A stretch of DNA of 64,000 nucleotides from Octopus sinensis. Its lineage: Eukaryota. The stretch spans positions 64,418,001-64,482,000 of the forward strand of contig NC_043006.1 in assembly GCF_006345805.1 (NCBI RefSeq), given 5' to 3'. Within the stretch, counting starts at the first letter, position 1, and each line of letters opens with the position of its first letter. The notes under the pieces were generated by a model. The model had not been told where the DNA came from and searched no databases. It saw nothing but the letters and a program-made list of their open reading frames with translations. This document shows positions 11,080-24,441 of the stretch, piece after piece. Made by a program: the position numbers and the translations under genes.

Positions 11080-13495
11080 ACCAGCACAAGCAGCTAGGTG
11101 TCTTAACGATACAGTAAGCTCTTTACAATCAGAGAATCTGATGACGGCAAAGTGAGGATTCATTATCCAGTAAATCTACTTCTACCAACGGATCGTATTT
11201 ATATTGGCGGTTATGACACTTCAGGAACACCTTGTTACGCAGAGGAGACAGTAATGAATAGATAAATGGACAGCCCGCTCGAAGATTTACGCTGACAAAC
11301 AAAAAGAATGATTATGTAGGGTCCAAATGTTGAAGTCGGGATTAGAGAACGGATTAACCGGATTGAATCTAAAAGAATTAGTTCCGATTCAGAGAGTTTC
11401 AAATACCACGATTTCAGGACCAGTGATATATTGTTCTCCAAATTATTCCGTTATATCATTCTGTTTGTCCATTCTCTTTGGATTATAAGGAGTTGTTCTG
11501 TTAGAAGTTATTCTTTACTGTTCCAAGAATTGTTGTAAATCCTTCAACATGAAAGATGTACGATGATCAGAATGATTATATGATGGCATTCCAAAAATGG
11601 AGAAGACTTTTGATAAGCGCTTTACAAGTTTCGTTGGCCATTTCAGCACATGGTTAAGTAAAAGTGAAACCCGAGAATTCATTCACGATAGCAGCAAATA
11701 TCGATTTTTTGGCGGTGGGATATTCTTTTCTTCTTTTTTCTTTTTTTTTTTGTAGATGGGGTATGAGATCCCTTAAATTAAAGTCCTAGTCTCTCAAAGT
11801 CCTGAGTATTTTTATCACGTGAACGAGTATCGGATTATAAAACCTCGGCATTATCTCAACACAAATAGAACATGTAAAACTCATTCTTTTGATTTCCTTT
11901 ACAGAAGATATCTGGCACGTACAAAATGAAGCAGCCGTGTGATGCCAGAATCGCAACAAGTCCTTTTGGAGTCTATGAAGTACATCCATATACAACATTG
12001 CAGCACAAATCCAGGACAGAGTATTAGCAGGTGTAATTGAGCTTCCTTGGCTTTATAAATAATGCCATATTGAAAACATGGGAGTTTATTTTCTCATTCT
12101 TTGTTTTACTGCTATGTCTATTATCAAATATGAAGGCAACTGATTTCTGATCTTATCACCAACTGGAATCGGCATCTGAATAAATGGTGTCTCCACTGCT
12201 TTAAAGATTCTACAACAGCGTAGACGTCTCTTTCCACTGAAGAATATATCGGCTGACAAGCTGAAAATATATATATTTGCGATGGCTTTACAAGCATCTT
12301 CAACTAGCAGGCCATGCTACTCTAGACTGAGGACGAGTAAGAATCAGAAACATGCATATCTATAGATGCTGGCCTAGCTGTTGGGGGTGCTTGTCTCCCC
12401 TTCGCAAATATAAGGACACAGAAAATGTGTCAAAGCCGACAGGAAGCGTCGATGCTTCCTAGGGCTAAATAGCGGTGATGTGATTCCCTTTACGGGACTG
12501 TCACAGTATACAACCGCTCTGTCGTTCCACCACCGCTCTTATCTCTCTGAGATATTTAGAAATTTAATATTTCTAATTCAAGCTGAAAGCGTTTTTGAAC
12601 AAAAAGCCACTGGACATCCTGATTGACAAAGGATGGCAGTAATAGCAGGATCACAATCATCTTTCTCAACGACCTGCGGCGCAGCAGAATCAATAGCTTT
12701 TACAGCAGAGTGGACAATGCCCTGCTTTTGGTTCTCAGTAGATTTTATGGGCACCGCTGAAGATGAAAATTGCGGAGATTGCTATAGCTTGGAGTAATGT
12801 TCCTTCTTAGCTCAAATATTTCATAGCGTCTCCATGGCGGAGCATTTTGATCGAGGATGTTTCTTTAATCCGCAGAAGAAACACTTAAAGAGTGTTCTAG
12901 AAGCGTATGAGTGTTATTTTCCCACTGAGCTTTTGAAGGATCAACCATAGCTGCATTAATTGAGAGATATCGTGCAAAAGAAGTGGTGGGGAGGGTAGCC
13001 ATTTCCAGAGTGTCTTCTTTCTCATAGGCAGTCTGCAGACCTAGAGTTTCTTTCCAAGTAACCGTTGCCTTATCTGCGATGAGAAAAGGTCATTAATAAA
13101 GGGGTCCCTTATACAGTCATTCCTATTTTACTCAGTAGTTACTGCTTTACAATTTAGGTTGCTTAAAGTTTTAATGTTCGTAAATATTTGTCAAGTGATT
13201 CAATAAACTTTTGTCAAACGTGACACGCACATACTTCATTCTTTAGTTTGATGTGTATAGCATGCAGAACATTAACAGCGGCACCAAACGTAGACACACC
13301 AGCAATATATTTAAATGCTTTTGGCGATACATCATTGAGTAGGAGACCAATTTGTTGATATCTTGTCCTTCGACTGGTAACGTTGCAATAAAGTTTTGAA
13401 ACATTTTCTAGCAGTGTAACCACAGCTGAACAGCAAATATATATATCATCGGGGTTAACTTACAGGCGTTCAAGGCGGAAGGACTTTACCATGAT
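11080..13495 (-). mobile_element. Decayed Ty3/Gypsy LTR retrotransposon internal region (gag, zinc knuckle, RNase H, integrase); RT core missing
   Basis: gag-like LLLNDVSPKAFKYI..KLKNE..IRDPFINDL..IRQRLL; knuckle CFFCGLKKHPRSKC; RNase H YAVVESLKQWRHHL; integrase FERLGL*FKG, YNPKENGQTE and YDPLVEVDLL..NPHFAVIRF..TVSLRHLA. Confidence 0.8.
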
Positions 13496-13901
13496 GAAAT
13501 AGTGAATATATTGAGACTAGTTTACCTTTCTCAGATTCCCCACTTAACGAAATATATATATTGTGCTTGCTATAAACAGGAAGAGATCCACAAAGCGATG
13601 CCAATTCATAAATACACAACGAAAAAGGAAGGCGACTAAGTTCTAAAATTGCGGGTTCAATCCTGCACTTTCTATATGCTCACGCCCACACGCACACATT
13701 TTCTTTGTGTTAATTGTCCTGTATTCTCTTTTTTTGTTGTTGTTTTTACATAAATGTCCAGTTCCTTTGGTTTGTGTCTATGTTTTCGTTTCTCATTGTG
13801 TTCGACGTCCTTTTGGTGTCCTGTACTCATATATGCGTGTATATATACATGTAGAGGTAGGTACGTACATATATGTTTATATATATGTTTTATTTTATTT
13901 A

Positions 13902-13969
<68 letters not shown>

Positions 13970-13972
<3 letters not shown>

Positions 13973-14250
13973 AGTGGCTGTGTGGTAAGCAGCTTGTTTA
14001 ACAACCACATGGTTCTGGGTTCAATCCCACTGCATGGCACCTTGGGCAGGTGTCATCTACTAGAGCCTATCGCTTGACAACCGATGTTGGTGTGTTTACG
14101 TCCCCGTAACTTAGCGGTTCAGCAAAAGAGACCGATAGAATAAGTCCTAGGCTTACAAAGAATAAGTTCCGGGGTCGATTTGTTCGACTAAAGGCGGTAC
14201 TCCAGCATGGCCGCAGTCAAATGACTGAAACAAATGAAAGAATAAAAGAA
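13970..14250 (+). mobile_element. Composite SINE: tRNA-like head with CORE-like GGCACCTTGGGCA box and ...GGCCGCAGTCAAATGACTGAAAC tail
   Basis: Internally deleted copy. Further copies or pieces at about 22845-22990, 25640-26070, 26700-27125, 28130-28400, 39290-39490, 39790-40110, 44660-44830, 46830-47030, 50750-51160, 54500-55160, 56660-57055, 60860-61010 and 61225-61375. Confidence 0.8.
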
Positions 14251-14251
14251 C

Positions 14252-14342
<91 letters not shown>

Positions 14343-14351
14343 ATATATAAT

Positions 14352-14384
<33 letters not shown>

Positions 14385-14495
14385 GTATACATATATATAT
14401 ATATATGCATACATATATATATGTATACATACATATATATACACACACACATATATACATATATATACGCATACATACATATATATGCATGTATG

Positions 14496-14539
<44 letters not shown>

Positions 14540-15427
14540 GGAAGTCACAGTTGTGATATGCGCTCGGTAGGGGCGTGAGAAATTCTCAATTGTATGTCTG
14601 ATTTAATTAATAAGTATAATGAATTATTGATCTGTTGCTCCGACTTATTTTTTAACACTTTCTTTAAAATTTCACTGAAAACTTCAATTTAGCTAACTTG
14701 ATTCAAATAGTATTAATTGTAGCATTCTTACGATTTTAATTGTCTCACCTCCCACTCGATTTTCGTCTTATGTAACCAAGCAATTTTTTTTATTTCTTAA
14801 CTGATGTATCTAATTAAATTTTAATGTAATGTTAGTTTTAAATTAATTTAAGATTACCAATTATTTATCTACACTTGAGTACTGAGGTGATGCACGAATT
14901 TATTCTTTGCCTCTACACTAAATCTCCGTTTACTTGTTATTTTAGTTCTTTTCCAGTTTGATCTCAATATTGGTGATTTTTTCTTTTTTTTCTTTTTTTT
15001 CTTTTTTATTCAACTATTCCTCCCTTTATTGACGCCTTTCAAGTTGTAGCAGTATACTTCTGCCTCTTTGAAGTCCCTGGTCTTATCTTTAAAATTTCTT
15101 TCTCTCCACCAATATACACGTTAATTAATCTAACAAACCCTTGACATCTCAGAGCCTATGATACAGTCTGATTTGTACGAGATCAAAAGAAAATTATATC
15201 CCTTACTTTCATTATCCTTCTACTCGACTATCTCTACCTTGGAGTGAAATCTTGCTGTTCAGTTTATTACTCTGATATTCTGAACCCTGTCACTATATTC
15301 ACTGAAAATTACTCAATATATGCTTCAGTATTACTACATTAAAGGATTCGAAGAGATGATTAATAGTAACCCCATTGATTATTGTATGGATGGTCATAGT
15401 TTTTTTTTTTTATATGTATAAATCAAC

Positions 15428-15478
15428 GTATGAATTGACGAAATAGTTCCACTAACTATTGAAACGATCGTAACCATT
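15428..15478 (+). ncRNA. Degenerate type I hammerhead motif
   Basis: TTGACGA-AATAGTT ccact AACTATT-GAAACGATCGT-A: perfect 7 bp stem II, palindromic stem III ACGATCGT, GUA triplet; C3 changed to T and stem I poor. Confidence 0.5.
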
Positions 15479-15778
15479 TCAAGAAGATATGTAACACCTA
15501 TATTTCCATTCCTTCATTTGTTTACTATGTATGCACCATTTGTTTACAATGTATGCACAAAACACATAATTGTTAAATTTCCTCGGTTTTACAGTTTGTA
15601 TAGAACACCTCACTGATTAAGTGAATGCGAATTCTGATTTTCCTCTCTATACATTAAGCTAACCAGAATTTCGCAGCATGGATTGCTGAGGTGTTCGTCC
15701 ACATTTCCTAAATCCCTACCTTCTATCACTGCATTTATATATATGTATATATATAATATACATACATACATACATACA

Positions 15779-15812
<34 letters not shown>

Positions 15813-15813
15813 A

Positions 15814-15868
<55 letters not shown>

Positions 15869-16007
15869 AGACAGTTTTTGCTAGAAAAAAACTGTCTGAT
15901 GAACGGCAACGAGAAACTCAGAGTAACAGATTTTGTTGAATTTTCTGCTGCTTTAAATAAAGCATATTACTCTACCACTGGTATTTGAGTACTCTTTTTT
16001 CCACCTT

Positions 16008-16042
<35 letters not shown>

Positions 16043-16053
16043 CATACACATAT

Positions 16054-16103
<50 letters not shown>

Positions 16104-16261
16104 ACATACATACATATATATACTTATATATATATATATATACACACAATATTAAACATATAAAACATATATAATATATATATACATATATACACACGTT
16201 CCTTTCTCTAATCTTTCCATATTTCGTTATCTTTTTCATTGTCTCTATGAAAACTCTCTCT

Positions 16262-16334
<73 letters not shown>

Positions 16335-16636
16335 ATCACTGTTTCTACAACTGGTATTTGGTTATATTCTTCGGTTTCATCCATCACTCTATTTTTCCCT
16401 CCAATTTCCTTCTTATCTCCCTTTTTCTATTTACAGTTTATCTGGTCCTATCATATCTATATCTATTATCCCAACAATTCATACATACTCACAACCGCAC
16501 GCACGCATACACATACACACACACACACACACCATTACTCACAAATACGCACATACAACTACGTACATATAAATACATATACAAATATTAACATCTGGCT
16601 TCATTTCTACAACTACTCTGTCTCTCTCTCTCTCTT

Positions 16637-16691
<55 letters not shown>

Positions 16692-16805
16692 TACAAACGT
16701 TTTTCCTATTTCTCATTTCAATTATTCACACACATATACACGCACAAACCTCTTTCACTATACATATATGTGTATGTCTGTAACAGTGTGTGTGTATGTG
16801 TGTGT

Positions 16806-16849
<44 letters not shown>

Positions 16850-17359
16850 AACGCGCAATGCATGTACGCACGTGCAACCAAACATACACTGATGTACAAG
16901 CAAACATGCGTATCTGGCACGCACATATGTATACACACACAAACACACACACACTAACATAGCTACTTGCTCCTCCGCTTTCTATATTACCACTAATATC
17001 ACTTCTCTCTCTCTCTCTCTGTCTGTCTCTCTGTCTCTCACACCTGTTCCTCTCACTACCACCACTAAGTGACGATGTCACTGCGTCATCCCAGACTAAA
17101 CTAAAATAAGAGAAATAATAAAGATATATGTTAACAAAACGGAAGTTACTCTCGCTGCTCTTCTATCATTTCAGATGTTGTCACTACAAGGTCAGTGTAC
17201 TTTTCGCCAAGGGCAATCGGCGAGAAGGTCCTTCAAGGAGAGAAGTTAACTCGGTTTTATGTAATTATTGTATGTGTATGTGTGTTAGTGTATTTACAAT
17301 ATTACTGTTGTTGTTGTTGAAAAATGTTTGGCCTTACAAGACGAGAAACGTACTCATAT

Positions 17360-17402
<43 letters not shown>

Positions 17403-17620
17403 CATATATATGTATGTATATACACATTGTGTTTTTTGTATATATTTTACGCCACACACACACACACACACACACATATACATGTAGATAGACACAGAGT
17501 ATGAGAGATAAAGATAAAGACACATACACGTATGTATGTATTATATATATATATATATGGCGGTGCCCCAGCATGGCCACAGCTCATAAGCTGAAACTAG
17601 AATCAATCAATCAATCAATC

Positions 17621-17659
<39 letters not shown>

Positions 17660-17662
17660 GTG

Positions 17663-20385
17663 TTTCTTTATTAGCCACACAGGGCCTGCACACAGACGGG
17701 ACAAATTACAAGGTAGAGCTTTTCTTTTGGGGGATAAAGAAAGGGGGTTGGCTTTCGATCGAAAGGGATCGTAAAAGGAAAGAAAGAGGAAAGTAAAAAA
17801 GGGAGGGGGATAAAATTAAGAGGAAAAGAAAAAATCGATCAATAGGGATCGTTATCACAGAAATGTCAATATAAAGTGTAAAGAGGAGGACAGGTGAGGT
17901 TTACCCGTGGAAAGAAAAGCCTACGGAAAAGACCAAGGTAACTCGGTCAATGAAGTCACATGTTATATTTTTTTTACATATAAGCAACTCTCTGTATTAA
18001 TTTTTACGGTTCATAGGATCATAGTCAAGGTGGCTTCGTCATTCATACGTGCCATCCCTGCTACATTCACCCATCTTTTTTTAAAACATTCACTAGACAA
18101 AACTTGCCTCTCTATTCTGACTTTCCTCTTCAAGTGATACTTGAAGAAGTTGATGAGAGATTGACCAGAGAGGAAAGTGTTTGTCTCTAATCCTTTCAGG
18201 CGCGTCATAGCCACAAGTATGATAAAAATAGCTCTTCCTTCTCGTTTGAAGGGAGAAGGTGTGACTATATTAACGATAGACTCGGCTGATAAACCGACAC
18301 GTCCCACACGTGACAGCAGTCGTTCGACATAAGCCCACAGGTCGGAGATTGTTGGACACTGCACGATTGCGTGCAGAGCGGTTTCGTCGCTCTGCCCGCA
18401 CCTCGGGCAGGTCGACCCCGTATTTCTCGAGCCATGCCTATAGAGCTTTTCCCGAACGGGTAGCGCTTCGCGGTAGCACTGCCAGGCCAGGGATCTCTGG
18501 AAGTTGTCCATAGGTTCCGGCCCGAAAGTCGTCTCAAACAGGCGGGTCAGGTATTTCTCGTCGACGTCCAGGTTCGCCCCAAGATCGTCATTGTACCTCC
18601 CCTCCACTAATCCCCTATAGAATGCTTGGTTTGTGTTGAAGTCACTCAAGGTCGACCCGGGACGGCATAGTTGCTTGAGAGCAACGCGACACTCGCGGTG
18701 CCATTCGCCCTTCCTCGGCCTCTTTTTGATCCACGACTGCAGTTCTGTCATGGAGACGAGCTGCGGGAAAGTGTGCCTCACGAACGGCGACCACACCTGT
18801 TCACCGTCGTCTACATAGAGCCGGAGATGTCGCAGTCTCAGCGCGTGTCTGCGCATCATCAACCACGGCATGCCAAGCCCTCCTTTTAACGGGTGTTGAC
18901 AGCAAATGGATCGCCTGACCATCGGAACGCATCCTTTCCACAAGAAGCGGAAGAGAATGCGTTCTAGTTTGGTGATGGTAGGGTCGGGACAAGGTACGAC
19001 GGTCAGGCGGTAGTAGATGATGGACGCGATGTACGTGTTCGCCACCTCCGCCCCGACCTTTAGGGGACAGTTCCTCTCGGCCCATTGCCGGGCGAGAGTG
19101 ACCACCCTACTCGTTATCTCGTTCCAGTTCTTCTCCATTTGGAGGTCCGGACCGAACCAGACCCCGAGCAACTCAACCAGGCCGTCCATCCAGCGTCCCA
19201 CGACGGAGGTGCTGGTGGACGGCATGGGCTTGCATCTCCAGGTGCCGAGACGCAAGCCCACAGACTTTTCTCGGTTGATTTTCGCTCCTGTCACCGCTTC
19301 GATGTGCTCGTGGCTTGACACTATGACGGTGACGTCGTCCGCATATGCAGTACGCTCGTTCCGCATCCCAATTCTCGCGGAATGCTCCTCAGAGTCGCCA
19401 GCTTCCGCAGTAGTGGCTCGAGAGTCAATACGTATAGAAGCGACGAGAGGGGGCATCCCTGACGGACCGAATGTGTAATGTCGAAAGGTCTCGATAGATG
19501 TCCATTTACGCGAATTACCGAACGGATACCTCTGTACAAGGCAGCTATCCAGCCGCGGAAGACGGGGACCGAAACAGCCGCTCTCAGGACTGCCTCCAAG
19601 TATCGATGGTCTTTACTATCGAAAGCTTTCGATTGATCTAAATTTATCAGGGCCCATGCCAGGTTCCTTAACTACTCTGTCTATGATGTAGCGCATCAGA
19701 TGGAGGTTGTCATGGATGCTCCGGCCCGGCACGGCACACGTTTGCGCCTTGTCGACCAGTTTCAGGTGACAAGCGCCAACCTCTGGCTAACACCTTGGTC
19801 AAATTTTCAGGTCTGCATTGAGCAGAGTGATGGGCCTAAAGTTGTCTATAATGTCCCCCTTGTTTGGTCTTCTTCAGCAGCGTCCGGCTCCTCGACTCAC
19901 AAACGGGTATGCTCCCGTTTTGCTGCCAGTTGCAGTATACCGCTGCCAAGACGTCTCCAAACAAGTCTGGCATACAATTGTAAAACTCGTCGGGCAGACC
20001 ATCCAAACCCGGCGATTTGTCTCTCGAGCATTCTGCCATTGCGCCCCGCACATCCGCCGCCGTGATGGCACCTTCGCAGCACTCTGCCTCTCTTGACGAG
20101 AGTTGTGGAAGGCTGTGCAGGTAGGCACTGAAGTCCACGTTCACGCTCGCCACTCATCCCGCACAGTCGGGCAAAGTGCCGCTGAAATGCCTCGCACATC
20201 TTGCTGGGCTCGAGCAATTCGCGCCCTTGTTCGTCTACCAGAGACCGAATGGTGGCTTTGTTGTCCTGCTGCGCCTAGCCACCCGGGCCTCTCTCACGGC
20301 TCCAACACCTTCCATCCTTAGAGCACGCATCCTAGCGCTGACAGCACACCCTTCGTGTTTGGCATTGAAGCGTGTATATGCTATA
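17663..20385 (-). mobile_element. 5'-truncated, frameshifted Tx1 (L1-clade) LINE, second subfamily
   Basis: DKSPGLDGLPDEFY, SVRQGCPLSSLLY, AYADDVTV, LLGVWFG, GGLGMPWLMMRR, CPRCGQSDETALHAIVQC; clearly homologous to the 30.4-33.8 kb ORF2; 3' end AATAAAGAAAC next to (CA)n. Confidence 0.92.
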
Positions 20386-20605
20386 TAAAATGAGACAACA
20401 AAACCAAGGCAGAGTAAAATTTCTAGGACATTTACATACAGCTGTTTCAAGGATATATTGAACTCTACTATTTCCTTCTATTTAACTCTCTCATATCGTC
20501 TCTGATGATGGGATATCCTTTATATCCCTGAAACAGCTGTAAGACAACTTTTCTCTTTGTAAATGTCCTATAAATGTCCTTGGCTTTGTTATTTCATTTT
20601 ATTTA
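20386..20605. repeat. Imperfect palindromic element carrying a complete type I hammerhead fold (20498-20545, +)
   Basis: Inverted arms TAAAATGA..CCAAGG..TAGGACATTTACA-TACAGCTGTTTC versus GAAACAGCTGTA..TGTAAATGTCCTA..CCTTGG..TCATTTTA. HHR reads GTCT-CTGATGA-T-GGGATAT ccttt ATATCCC-T-GAAACAGCTGT-A-AGAC. Confidence 0.75.
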
Positions 20606-20801
20606 GCTTATACATATAAATATATGTATACTCACACACACAGACACACACACACATGTATATAGCTGTGTGGTTAGACTGTTCTACTTATAATCATTAG
20701 GTCATGAATTTAACTTTAAGGTCATGCAACGAGTTTTGACTTGAGTAAAGCTCGTCATTTCACAATACTTTCATCAAGTCAGCGTTGGTGAGTACCAATG
20801 T

Positions 20802-20842
<41 letters not shown>

Positions 20843-21729
20843 ATAAGAAGAGATAAGAAGTGAGGTGAGAGGGTAAATGTTTGTTTCATTCGTTTACAGC
20901 TGTTCCATAACCTTGTTAGTTATGTAACAGATATTGCATCAATAGTAACTCACATAAATATACATATACAAACATATATAAATAAACATATATGCGTGTG
21001 TGTACATACATAAAAAGGCACAGTTGAAGACATCAGGACTACTAATGAGAGGTGGCTGACTCCCTATATATCCACAGGCAACAGATGTACTCAGCATGTT
21101 GCCATTTATGATTTACTTTAAGGGAGCAATGATTACAGAACAGCACAAATTCAGAGGAAGAAACAGTAGATAAATGCAGTAAAGTAAAAAGAAAATCAGG
21201 GGAAAAACGAAGTCAAATAATCACAATAATAAACTAAGTTGGTCAAAGAAGTTGGCGTCGAAGTAAGATATGAGTACTAAGAAAGAACTGATTTCCAAAG
21301 AGAGATAGGTTGACCAGTCTGGTATTGATTTACACTTTCAGGTTTATTTTTATAGATTTTCTATAGAATTCAGAGCCAACGCGGTAAGCTACGATGGTGC
21401 TAGCTCTGAATTCAATAGAAAATCTAAGGAGATCGACTTAAAAGTGAGACTATCGCACTGCTAACACAGGATAAATTACAGTATTGACTTGTAAACTGGT
21501 AGTATATTATGGTTGTGAAACGAATTATTGTTTCCTTGCCAGCGATTAATAAGTATTAATTTAGGCGAATTATAGAATAAATGAATGAATGAATAAATAA
21601 ATAAGTAAATAAATAAAACGAAATAAAGACATATGGTCGGTAGAAAGAGAAGAGCATAAAGGGTGAATAAAAGAGAGACAGACAGACAGACAGATCAGTG
21701 ACAGAAATAAGGTAGCGTGACAGAAATAA

Positions 21730-22142
21730 GGCGACGAACTGGCAGAATCGTTAGCACGCCAGGCGAAATGCTTAGCGGTATTTCGTGTGCCGTTACGTTC
21801 TGAGTTCAAATTCCGCCGAGATCGACTTTGCCTTTCATCCTTTAGGGGTCGATAAATTAAGTACCAGTTACGCACTGGGGTCGATGTAATCGACTTAATA
21901 CCTATGTCTGTCCTTGTTTGTCCCCCTCTGTGTTTAGCCCCTTGTGGGTAATAAAGAAATAGGTATTTCGTCTGCGTTACGTTGTGAGTTCAAATTCCGC
22001 CGAGGTCGACTTTGCCTTTCATCCTTTCGAGGTCGATAAATTGAGTACCAGTTACGCACTGGGGTCGATGTAATCGACTTAATCCCTTTGTTTGTCCCCT
22101 CTGTGTTTAGCCCCTTGTGAGCAATAAAGAAATAAGAAATAA
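21730..22142 (+). mobile_element. Meta-like SINE with tandemly duplicated body and Tx1-type tail
   Basis: Full copy 21730-21960, followed by a headless second unit from GGTATTTCGTC to AATAAAGAAATAAGAAAT. Confidence 0.9.
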
Positions 22143-22813
22143 GGGAGCTTGAGTAATTGGAATTTCACCCTTTGCTGCTTTCGAGAGATGGCAGCGTATT
22201 TTGAGGAAGAACGACGACATGGTGCATGTACATGCGCGCGCGCACGCATGCACACACACACACACGTGTGGGTGTATGTATGTGTGCGTGTGTGTGTGTG
22301 TGTGTGTGCGTGCGTATGGATGCATGTATGTATATATGTATGGATGGATGCATGCATGTATGTATGTATCTCACTCTCCCTATATATGTGTGTGTGTGTG
22401 TGTCTATACACACACACGCACACACACACACATACATGCTGGATGCCGATTAGATATTCCAGTGAGATCCCTCTGCATGCCAGCGAGGACGTGGGTCGAT
22501 CGTGGGAAATATGCGTATAGAAGCTGTTCCCGTTGTATAGGAAAGGATTATCGGGAATATAGTCTTTTCACATGCCAGGATAATAATATTCGTTAATCAA
22601 TATTAAGATTGATACAATACAAGAGAGAAAGGAAAAAATAACAAGGCAGGGAACTTCTGATTTTTAAAAGGCAAATCGATTCTTTTTTTTTTATTATTGG
22701 TGCCCTTAATTTGAGGTTCAAGGGGGATGACTCCTGCTATTTCCGAACATATAACGAGTGTGTGTGCACGTAGGTATGTATCCACACCCCAGTAAACATA
22801 ATGATATAATATA

Positions 22814-22850
<37 letters not shown>

Positions 22851-23099
22851 GTGTGTTTCCCCCGCCACCATCGCTTGACGATGGTGTGTTTAAATCCCCG
22901 TGACCTAGCGATTCAGTAAAAGAGACTGATAGAATAAGTCCTGGGATCAATGGCAATGCTCCAGCATGGCCGCTGCAGTAAAATGACTGAAACACCTAGC
23001 ATCATAGCATCATAATTTTGAAATATCTATAAAACCGTCAAAAGCTTGTTTTTTTTTTGTCTTTTGATTTATTATTAGTGTTGCTTAATATGTTTTGCT

Positions 23100-23682
23100 A
23101 AAATTGCTTTTTTTTTCTTTTCAGATATCATCAGAAAAAGTTTATTAAAATTCATTAAGATAACAGATCTATCGGACTTCCAAAGAGGTTAAATTGTTGG
23201 TGCTCGTATTGCAGGCGCTAGCGTAAAGAAAACAGCTGAAATGTTTGGTGTATCAAGAAGTACTGTCTCGAAAGTAATTACAGCCTTTGAGAAAGAGTCA
23301 AAAACCTCTTCGTCGAAGCAAAACCCCGGAAGAAAACCAAAACGTTTCAGATAGGGACCATTTACTGAATGGCACGAGGAACATTCTAGTGAAGTTGAAC
23401 ATCTTATCTGGCCACCACAGTCTCCAGATCTCAATATTATTGAACATTTACGGTGCATTTTAGAAAAACAAGGAGTCAATATCCTCCACAAGAATTGGAG
23501 ACTGTTTTACCCGATGAATGGACAAAAATTCCTTTGGAAACAATTCAAACTTAGTACAAGTCCATACCTCTTAGAATTCAAACTGTAATTACTGCCAAAG
23601 GCGGTCCTACCCCATACCCATATTAAAATAAATTTGTTTGTTTGAAATTTTAAGGTGCTTCCATTATTTTGTCCAACCCCTG
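23100..23682 (+). mobile_element. Internally deleted Tc1-like transposon
   Basis: N-terminal TDLSDFQRG*IVGARIAGASVKKTAEMFGVSRSTVSK joined directly to WPPQSPDLNIIEHL; right TIR ...TTATTTTGTCCAACCCCTG followed by TA. Confidence 0.8.
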
Positions 23683-23703
23683 TATATATATCGCTGAGAT
23701 TTG

Positions 23704-23738
<35 letters not shown>

Positions 23739-23957
23739 CACACTTACAAATAAGCGTACACAAACCTACATTCAGATACCCAGATATATGTATGTATAGT
23801 GTTATATAATACTATACATACACATGCACACACACACACACACACATGCACACACACACACACACACACAAACACGTACACACATATGTATACACACACA
23901 CACACTCTCTCTCTCTCTCTCTCTCTCTTCCTCAGTGTGAATATGTGTGCGTGTGTG

Positions 23958-24000
<43 letters not shown>

Positions 24001-24029
24001 GTATATATATTGTTGTATTAAGGATGGTC

Positions 24030-24406
24030 ATTTTGCCAGTTTAGCCAATAAAAACACACGCACTATATATTTGATGTTACTTTGCTTCAGCTTTATTTTT
24101 TACATTAATCTTAATCTTATTTCGGCCAGAGTTCTTTCGTCACACTCCTGTGACCTCATCAGTGATCCTTTGTTTTCTTCTTTCTTATTTGTGTGTCTCT
24201 CCTTACTAACGGTCAGCCATTTTGATTTTTTTTCTATTGTATGTGTCTTCATTTGCGCATGCGTATACCTCTATGTGTGTCTATGTTTAGTTAGTGTGTG
24301 GGGGGAGTGTCTGTAATATTTGTATCTCCAGTTTATATACGTTCGTGTAATTTGTTTTTGTTTTTGTTTTTGTTTATTTTTATTTTGTTCATGTGTTTAC
24401 ACCTAC

Positions 24407-24441
<35 letters not shown>

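Noticed and set aside
13672-14548. YIYIYI, VCVCVC and HTHTHT ORFs here and throughout the track
   Set aside because: Dinucleotide and tetranucleotide microsatellites lack stop codons; these are not genes.
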